Shown here one piece after another: positions 15,477 through 21,821 of a DNA stretch of 21,821 nucleotides. Each line of letters opens with the position of its first letter. The stretch's first letter is position 1. This DNA comes from Candidatus Bathyarchaeia archaeon (lineage in GTDB: Archaea; Thermoproteota; Bathyarchaeia; Bathyarchaeales; Bathycorpusculaceae): contig JAVZNE010000014.1 of assembly GCA_038882975.1 (NCBI GenBank), forward strand, positions 1-21,821. Reading direction: 5' to 3'. Below the pieces are notes generated by a model that ran no database searches, was not told the DNA's origin, and saw only the letters and a program-made list of their open reading frames with translations. The translations under genes and the position numbers were made by a program.

Positions 15477-15722
15477 TTGAAGGCTGAGCCAGCAATAGTT
15501 GTAACAGTTGTAATCTGCCTATTCCTAACCTTCTACTTCTCATACTTATCCCTCCAAGCTTTTGAAGACACCATAAAAAAGCAGTTTGTCCTACTCGCCT
15601 TCTTATCCCTCCTAACCGGAGCAACAATCTTTGGCTGCCTAGCCATCTACCTTGGAATAAGAAAGATTTTCATAAGAGCCGAGCTGAGCGATCTCCAGGA
15701 AACGCGGGAAAGCGAAGACTGA
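15477..15722 (+). CDS. Small two-TM membrane protein, unknown function
   Basis: Two long hydrophobic stretches and a charged C-tail. Confidence 0.55.
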   Translation: MKAEPAIVVTVVICLFLTFYFSYLSLQAFEDTIKKQFVLLAFLSLLTGATIFGCLAIYLGIRKIFIRAELSDLQETRESED

Positions 15723-15777
15723 ACCTCCAATGTCTCATATGCCAAATTTTTTATTCTTAAGACTATGACTATGCTGA

Positions 15778-17163
15778 TTGGTGAAAATCGTGGCTGTGGA
15801 AGTTTTGAAGGAAAGCCTCAAAAAACATGTGGAAGGCTATGTGGAACTGCGATACCATAAAAGACAAGCCTTCAACATTTCCGTTAAGGATGGAAAAATT
15901 GACACGCTGAACAGCGGAGCCGTTGAAGGCGCATGTGCAAGGGTTCTCATAGATGGAAGCTGGGGTTTCACCTCCTCAACAACGCTTGAGAAAGAGAAAA
16001 TTGCTAAAATGTTGAAAGATGCGTCTTCCCTTGCCAAGTCGTCAAAGCCCAAAAAGAAGCGCGTCGTGAAACTTGCAAGCCTAAAACCATACGTGGACAA
16101 GTATGAGACTCCGATGAGGAAAGATCCTGGAAAAGTGGACAAAGAGGAGCTCGTCAGCTTAGTTATAGATGTTGATAAAGCCGTTAGGGATTTCTCCAAA
16201 ACAATAGTTTCTGATACCGTAACCTTCAACATTGTTGACGATAACCTAACCTTCATAAGCTCAGAAGGCTCCGAAATTCATCAGCGGATAGTGCGGTGCT
16301 TCGGGGGCGTAATAGTCGTAGCCAGAGAAAAGGGAAATATTGCCTCTGCCTACGAGGGCATCGGCGAACAGTCTGGTCTCGAGGTTCTGGAGAAAACGCC
16401 TCTGATGGATGCTGGTTTAACAGCTGCTGAAAGGGCTAGTAAACTTGTTTCGGCAAAAGTGGCGCCCGCCGGATATCATCATGTAATCCTTGAAAACCGC
16501 ATTGTTGGGTTATTAGCCCACGAGGCTGTTGGACACTGTGCAGAGGCAGACCTTGTTTTCGGCGGAAGCTTCCTAGCCAACAAGATAGGCGAGAAAGTTG
16601 CCTCCGAAAAGGTAACCTTGGTTGATGATGGAATATTCCTAAACGGTTTTGGAACCATGAAATACGACGATGAGGGCGTCCCTACACAGAAAACCGTAAT
16701 AATTGAAAAGGGTGTCTGCAAAAGTTTTCTGCACTCCCGCGAAACAGCCCAACACTTCGGCGTTAATCCAACCGGAAATGCTCGTGCATGGACCTTCGAA
16801 TATGACCCAATCATAAGAATGAGGAATACATATATTGAAAAAGGCGACTACACATTAGAAGAGCTTGCAGAAGACATAAAAGAGGGCTTCTTCCTTAAAG
16901 GCGGGCTTTCTGGGCAAGCCGACTTCAACGGCGAATTCATGTTCGGCACACAAGAAGCGGTGAGAATAAAGGATGGCAAGTTCGCCGAATCCCTGCGGGG
17001 CGTAACAATAAGCGGAAACGCCTTTGAAGTTCTAAAAAACGTGGACGCTGTCGGCAAAGACTTTGCCATGCGCACCGGCTTATGTGGCAAAGAACAAGTA
17101 AACTATGTTGGCATAGGCGGTCCGAGCCTAAGAACAAAAGTTTTGATGGGGGGAACCAAATGA
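15778..17163 (+). CDS. tldD: TldD metalloprotease subunit
   Basis: HEAVGH zinc motif, YDDEG, TGNAR, RMRNT and C-terminal CGK cysteine; exact start among TTG/GTG codons uncertain. Confidence 0.92.
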   Translation: MVKIVAVEVLKESLKKHVEGYVELRYHKRQAFNISVKDGKIDTLNSGAVEGACARVLIDGSWGFTSSTTLEKEKIAKMLKDASSLAKSSKPKKKRVVKLASLKPYVDKYETPMRKDPGKVDKEELVSLVIDVDKAVRDFSKTIVSDTVTFNIVDDNLTFISSEGSEIHQRIVRCFGGVIVVAREKGNIASAYEGIGEQSGLEVLEKTPLMDAGLTAAERASKLVSAKVAPAGYHHVILENRIVGLLAHEAVGHCAEADLVFGGSFLANKIGEKVASEKVTLVDDGIFLNGFGTMKYDDEGVPTQKTVIIEKGVCKSFLHSRETAQHFGVNPTGNARAWTFEYDPIIRMRNTYIEKGDYTLEELAEDIKEGFFLKGGLSGQADFNGEFMFGTQEAVRIKDGKFAESLRGVTISGNAFEVLKNVDAVGKDFAMRTGLCGKEQVNYVGIGGPSLRTKVLMGGTK

Positions 17164-18509
17164 GCCTTCTAGATTTTGCAGAATTAGCCGTCAAAACATG
17201 TCGGAAACTCGGGGCGGACGAGGCTGAAGCCTTCACTCAAAACCAGCAAATAGTGGAAGTTGTCTTAGAAAGGGCTGAAATCCAGAATGAACGCTTCAAA
17301 ACCCAAAGCGGCATAGGTATACGAGTAATAAAAGACAAGAGTCTTGGATTCGCCTTCGCATCGAAACTCTCAAAAGAAAGCATAGAGGAAACCTGCAAAA
17401 CCGCAGTAAGCTTGGCAAAGGTTTCTGTGCCAAACCCTGAATGGGTTTCACTTCCAACAAAGGAGAGGCTTCCAAAAACTCCAGAGGGCATATACGATCC
17501 AGAGATTGCCAACATAAGCGGGGAAAAAATGCTGAGCCTAGTCATTAACGCTTATGATGCAGCAAAAGGCTATGACAAACGCGTGGACATTGACGACGGA
17601 AAGTTCTCCGCAATCCTAAACGAAATAGCAGTCGCCAATTCCCACGGAGTTGAAGCTCAAGAAAAAACAACCCGTATGGAGGGATATTTAGTCTGCGTGG
17701 CGAAGGAACACGGCGAAACGTCAAGCATGGCATACGAATATGACGCCTCCACAATGCTGGGGGAATTTTCACCAGAAAAAGTTGGAAGAACAGCCGCAGA
17801 AAAGGCCCTATCCTCCCTCCATCCAAAGACAATTGAATCCTTCACCGGAAAAGTCATATTAGACTCAGATCCAGCCTCCTTCATACTGCTTTACCCAGTT
17901 ATTAGCAGCGTGAACGCCGACAACGTGCAAAGGGGAAGAAGCCTATGGGCTGAAAAAATCGGCGAAAAAGTGGCGGCGCCAAAACTTACGGTTTTTGATG
18001 ACGGTTTGATGCCGAGGGGAATAGGCTCCCTAAACTTCGATTTTGAAGGTGTCCCAAGACAGAAAACGCCAATAATAACGCATGGCAAACTTGAAAGCTT
18101 CATGCACAACTCCTACACAGCAAATAAGGAAGGAAGAAAATCAACCGGAAACGCTTATAGAGAAGGTTACACTATGCTTCCAACAGTGGCGCCTTCAAAC
18201 CTCGTGGTCAAAGCCGGGGGAAAGAGGCTTGAAGAGCTCATAGCCGAAGTTGACAAGGGCATAATTGTCCGACGCTTCAGCGGCAACGTCCGACCGGACA
18301 GCGGAGAATTCTCAGGAATAGCCAAACAAGCAAGCTACATAGAAAAAGGACAAATCAAACATGCACTAGGAGAGACTATGATTTCGGGCAACGCCTTCCA
18401 AGCACTACAAGACATAATCGAAATAGGATGCGAAATTCGCCCAACAGAAATACGCGCCTATACGCCGCCAATACTCGTGGGCAACATCCACATAATCTCA
18501 AAACAATAA
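17160..18509 (+). CDS. pmbA: TldE/PmbA non-catalytic subunit
   Basis: GADEAEAF, ANSHG, FDFEG, STGNA, SGEFS; no HExxH; ATG 17160 overlaps the tldD stop (ATGA). Confidence 0.9.
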   Translation: MSLLDFAELAVKTCRKLGADEAEAFTQNQQIVEVVLERAEIQNERFKTQSGIGIRVIKDKSLGFAFASKLSKESIEETCKTAVSLAKVSVPNPEWVSLPTKERLPKTPEGIYDPEIANISGEKMLSLVINAYDAAKGYDKRVDIDDGKFSAILNEIAVANSHGVEAQEKTTRMEGYLVCVAKEHGETSSMAYEYDASTMLGEFSPEKVGRTAAEKALSSLHPKTIESFTGKVILDSDPASFILLYPVISSVNADNVQRGRSLWAEKIGEKVAAPKLTVFDDGLMPRGIGSLNFDFEGVPRQKTPIITHGKLESFMHNSYTANKEGRKSTGNAYREGYTMLPTVAPSNLVVKAGGKRLEELIAEVDKGIIVRRFSGNVRPDSGEFSGIAKQASYIEKGQIKHALGETMISGNAFQALQDIIEIGCEIRPTEIRAYTPPILVGNIHIISKQ

Positions 18510-18638
18510 CTCGCTTTAGGCCATGTCCCAAATAAAATCTTCAATCTCGCCGAAGGACAAATACAGGAACTTAAAGTTTGAAGAAACTCTTTGAAAACTT
18601 AGTTTCAGCCTCTGGGGCCGTTTCTTTGCGAAAAGACT

Positions 18639-19397
18639 CTAAAATGACAAGAGCCAAGGCGCAAAAGCCTTCGCCAAAACAAGTATTATGAAGGAGGAAA
18701 GGGGCACAGTAACATTATCATCTATCGGATTTGACTCAAAATGCTCAATAAAAGAGGCTACGGCCCCAGCTATAACCCCAGCTCCGCCTAAAACGGCGCC
18801 TACCGGTATGGAGAAGGAAGCCATAGCCAAGTTTCCCCACCAAGACTTCGTCCTCCTCTTATAAAGAATGTTCCGTACAATGCCAGTTATGGCATCCCCA
18901 ACAGACATAAAAATTACCGGAAGAACTCCAAACCAGAAGCTTTCCCCGCCAGAAATAAGCCAGCCGAGGGTTATCACAACGCCCCACATGATGCAGAAAG
19001 AAACTTCATAGGCATTCTCCTCAGTCTGGAACCAGTACATAAGCTTGCCACGCCTATGAGGTATGTAAAGGAAAACAGCCAGAAGCATAGCCATGGTAAA
19101 TGGAAAAATGGGCGTCTTAAAAATAAAAGGGACAAGAAAGGCCACTATTCCGCCAGTCAAAATATGAATAATCTTCCGGTTATAATAGACTGCAACATAG
19201 TGCCCCACGCCACGACCAGTCAAAAAGCCGTAAAGCATCCTAGTTAAAATCTCAGCTACAAAAATAACCCAAACAAAAAGCACAGCAGTGGCAACTGCTT
19301 CCCAAACAGATATCATATAGTAATAGTTTTCCCTAATCAATATAAAAAACTGTTGCCAAAACCACACCAGCTTCCATGCCACTCCTGCATTTAACAA
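18639..19397 (-). CDS. Dolichol/phytol kinase-like polytopic membrane protein (CTP-dependent family)
   Basis: RKIIHI, GDAITGIV, KSWWG and IDDNVTVP motifs; multiple TM helices; start uncertain. Confidence 0.8.
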   Translation of the reverse strand: MLNAGVAWKLVWFWQQFFILIRENYYYMISVWEAVATAVLFVWVIFVAEILTRMLYGFLTGRGVGHYVAVYYNRKIIHILTGGIVAFLVPFIFKTPIFPFTMAMLLAVFLYIPHRRGKLMYWFQTEENAYEVSFCIMWGVVITLGWLISGGESFWFGVLPVIFMSVGDAITGIVRNILYKRRTKSWWGNLAMASFSIPVGAVLGGAGVIAGAVASFIEHFESNPIDDNVTVPLSSFIILVLAKAFAPWLLSF

Positions 19398-19511
19398 CGT
19401 GCATCAAAATTACTTGGAATGTATTGGCTGATGGTAACAAACACACATTGTGGTTGATTTAAACCTTTAAAGAAATTTTCGTGTGATGTTTTATGGCTGA
19501 AATGCGCCGTT

Positions 19512-21491
19512 TCACGTTTCCTTTTGAAGCTCGGGAAGTATTCTTTGGAAATAATCCAGCGACTCCGGATTAACTATGGAATCTCTGTTAAGGACTGGTC
19601 TCCCATTTATAATGTTTGCAACAGCCATCTCAACTTTCTTCATGTTGAAGGTATAGGGAATGTCAGGCGCCTCCATGATAATCGCTGGGACATGTCTTGG
19701 AGAAGCTTCATCACGTAATGTCTTCTTTATTCTATATTTTAAATCCTCTGTTAAGGAATACCCTGGCTTTAGCTTAACGAAGAGGATTATTCGCTGATCG
19801 TCTTTCCAACTCTGCCCTACCGCAAGGCTATCGGCTATTTCCGGAAACTTCTCAATAATGTTATAGATTTCAGCTGTACCAATGCGTACACCTGACGGTT
19901 TTAAAACGGCGTCAGATCGTCCTAGAATTGTGATCCCGCCTGTGCCGCTATGGTAAATGGCTAAATCACCGTGCCTCCAAACTTTTTTGCCCTGGAAAAA
20001 TGTGAAGTATGCTTCTAAATATTTCTCGTTGTTTGGGTCGTTCCAGAAGTAAAGCGGCATTGAAGGGGCTGGTGCTTCGCATACAAGCTCGCCCTCCTCA
20101 TCCCAAACCGGCTCACCCTTTACATTATAAACCTTTATTTTCATTCCTAAACCCGGAGCTTGAAGCTCTCCGGCATATACTGGGAGCGTTGGGCTTCCAA
20201 TGGCGAAGCATCCATTGATGTCTGTACCCCCTGAGATTGAGTTAAAATGTAAATCATCTTTAACCTTCTCATATACCCATTCAAAGCCATCGGCAGATAA
20301 GGGTGATCCTGTCTGGGATATTTCTCGAAGAGAGGCAAGATTGAACTCTTTCCCAGGTTCGGCGCCGGCGCTCCTTAGGTAATTGATGTAAGTTGCACTA
20401 CAACCAAAAATAGTTATTTCGTCTTCCTCGATAATCCTCCACAATGTCCTCCAATCTGGATAGTTAGGGTTGCCGTCATAAAGAACTATTGTAGCGCCAA
20501 CAGCCAGCGAGCTCATAAGCCAATTCCACATCATCCAACTGGGCGAAGTGATGTATGTTATCCTATCATCACGCTTTAAATCCGTGTGTATTATGAGCTC
20601 TTTCAAATGGTTTATGAGGACTCCGCTGCAGCTTTGCACCATACATTTCGGCTTACCGGTTGTCCCTGAGGAGAACATTATGTAAATTGGGTGATCTGAT
20701 GGAACTTGTTCGAAATCAGTTTCTTGTTTGGACGATAAGAAATCATTGTATAAGACCCCATTGGGAATTACGCCTGTATCCGGCTTGTCTTGGATGTAGG
20801 GGACGATTATGGTTTTTTCGATTGATGTAACATGGTTTACTATCTTTTGAACATGATTTAAAACGCTGAAGTTTTTTCCTTTGTAGGTGTAGCCATCCAC
20901 TGTAAAAAGGACTTTAGGTTCAATCTGACCAAGGCGATCTAATACAGCACCAGCTCCCAGCTCCACACCACATGAAGCCCAAATAGCCCCAACACTCGCA
21001 GCCGCAAGCATAGCGGTGGATGTTTCGATTATATTGGGCATGTATGCACATACACGATCTCCCGGAGAAACCCCTACTTCACGAAGCGAATTAGCTAAAC
21101 GCGCTACGGACTTATATAATTCGGCGTATGTAATTTTTGCTAACCTCCCAGTTTCTCCTCTGAATATAAACGCAATGTGGTTGTCCCGATACCTTAACAA
21201 GTTTTCAGCGAAGTTTAATCTGGCGCCTATAAACCATCGTGCACCAGGAAACTTGCTTAAATCATCAACCACTTGAGTATAAGTACGTGAAGCTTTAATC
21301 CCAACAAACTCCCAAACAGCATCCCAAAAACTTGCAATGCTTTTGATGGACCAATTATACAAGCGGAAATACGCCTCTCTTGTGTAGGGATCAATGTTAA
21401 GGCCATATTTTTCGTTAACAAACTCAATAAACCTGGTCATGTTAGCTTGCTTGAGTCGCTCGTCTGAAGGTTGCCACAGCAGTTTTCCCAT
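19512..21491 (-). CDS. Acetoacetate--CoA ligase (acetoacetyl-CoA synthetase)
   Basis: LNFAENLL, FSSGTTGKPKC, WMMWNWL, SISGGTD, WRHGD and GRSDAVLKPSGVRIGTAEIY are typical of the AACS subfamily. Confidence 0.92.
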   Translation of the reverse strand: MGKLLWQPSDERLKQANMTRFIEFVNEKYGLNIDPYTREAYFRLYNWSIKSIASFWDAVWEFVGIKASRTYTQVVDDLSKFPGARWFIGARLNFAENLLRYRDNHIAFIFRGETGRLAKITYAELYKSVARLANSLREVGVSPGDRVCAYMPNIIETSTAMLAAASVGAIWASCGVELGAGAVLDRLGQIEPKVLFTVDGYTYKGKNFSVLNHVQKIVNHVTSIEKTIIVPYIQDKPDTGVIPNGVLYNDFLSSKQETDFEQVPSDHPIYIMFSSGTTGKPKCMVQSCSGVLINHLKELIIHTDLKRDDRITYITSPSWMMWNWLMSSLAVGATIVLYDGNPNYPDWRTLWRIIEEDEITIFGCSATYINYLRSAGAEPGKEFNLASLREISQTGSPLSADGFEWVYEKVKDDLHFNSISGGTDINGCFAIGSPTLPVYAGELQAPGLGMKIKVYNVKGEPVWDEEGELVCEAPAPSMPLYFWNDPNNEKYLEAYFTFFQGKKVWRHGDLAIYHSGTGGITILGRSDAVLKPSGVRIGTAEIYNIIEKFPEIADSLAVGQSWKDDQRIILFVKLKPGYSLTEDLKYRIKKTLRDEASPRHVPAIIMEAPDIPYTFNMKKVEMAVANIINGRPVLNRDSIVNPESLDYFQRILPELQKET

Positions 21492-21532
21492 ATGTCGCTC
21501 GCCCCCCCAAACACACTCCTAAATTTTATCGC

Positions 21533-21550
21533 TTTAAGCTTAAACTTTGC
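21533..21550 (-). promoter_or_regulatory. Putative BRE/TATA of the ligase gene overlapping a 12-bp palindrome
   Basis: TTTAAGCTTAAA (21533-21544) is a perfect palindrome; minus strand reads AAAG-TTTAAG about 45-55 nt upstream of the ATG. Confidence 0.4.
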
Positions 21551-21821
21551 CTTAATATTTTAAGCTCTTTCCAGCAATTATTAAACCACGCTTAACACTC
21601 TAATCTCAAGTAAATACACATATACTTAGCCTTCTGCGTTATTAACTAAAGAAAAAGAACATTCCATTTTCGAAAGAATCGCTTAAAAATTTAAGTGGGC
21701 CGGGCCGTATGCAATTAAAAAATTAAGTGAGTCCAAAAACGTTTCATTGATGGCGGAATTATCACTCATCCGAATTGCGGGCTCAAAATTCTTGTCTTTG
21801 AACAATGTAAATTAAAGTTAA

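Noticed and set aside
15477-18509. RiPP cluster around tldD/pmbA
   Set aside because: No precursor peptide, YcaO or radical SAM gene; tldD/E pairs are common archaeal housekeeping genes
21694-21706. GTGGGCCGGGCC as a tRNA 3'-end/att remnant
   Set aside because: No T-loop (TTCRAAT) or cloverleaf on either strand and no second copy seen in the window
1-21821. CRISPR array, tRNA/rRNA genes, IS elements, integrase or DGR repeats
   Set aside because: None recognised by eye: no regularly spaced repeats, transposase, recombinase or reverse transcriptase ORFs; short ncRNAs could have been missed

Overview
Archaeal DNA: TATA/BRE-like promoters, leaderless or GGTG/GGAG-led genes and the gene content suggest Bathyarchaeia or a related TACK lineage (inference). 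The window holds a compact head-tail virus (siphovirus-type) morphogenesis system in two separate, apparently intact operons. The first (1-5466) is a neck/tail operon: glycosidase-like domain fused to a head-closure domain, tail terminator, tail tube, tail assembly chaperone with a clear UUUUUUA -1 frameshift extension missed by the ORF track, HK97-gp10-like protein, a very short 182-aa tape measure, a hub with an inserted sugar-binding-like domain, and an RHH regulator. The second (10805-14584) is a packaging operon: small ORF, holin-like protein, TerS-like, TerL and a coupled ABC-ATPase/GNAT fusion. Between them lie a HOGA-like DapA-family aldolase, a toxin-antitoxin cluster with two decayed DUF2283 genes, and an AT-rich three-gene island (SPPY methyltransferase, nuclease-dead double LAGLIDADG protein, small PD-(D/E)xK nuclease). 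The right third is host-type genes (nucleotidyltransferase, tldD/pmbA, dolichol/phytol-kinase-like protein, acetoacetate-CoA ligase). No integrase, replication gene, att site, portal or capsid gene is visible in the window. Top candidates for something new: a domesticated, GTA-like short-tailed particle system, and a restriction system using a dead LAGLIDADG protein as its specificity subunit. All family calls come from reading motifs by eye, not from database searches.
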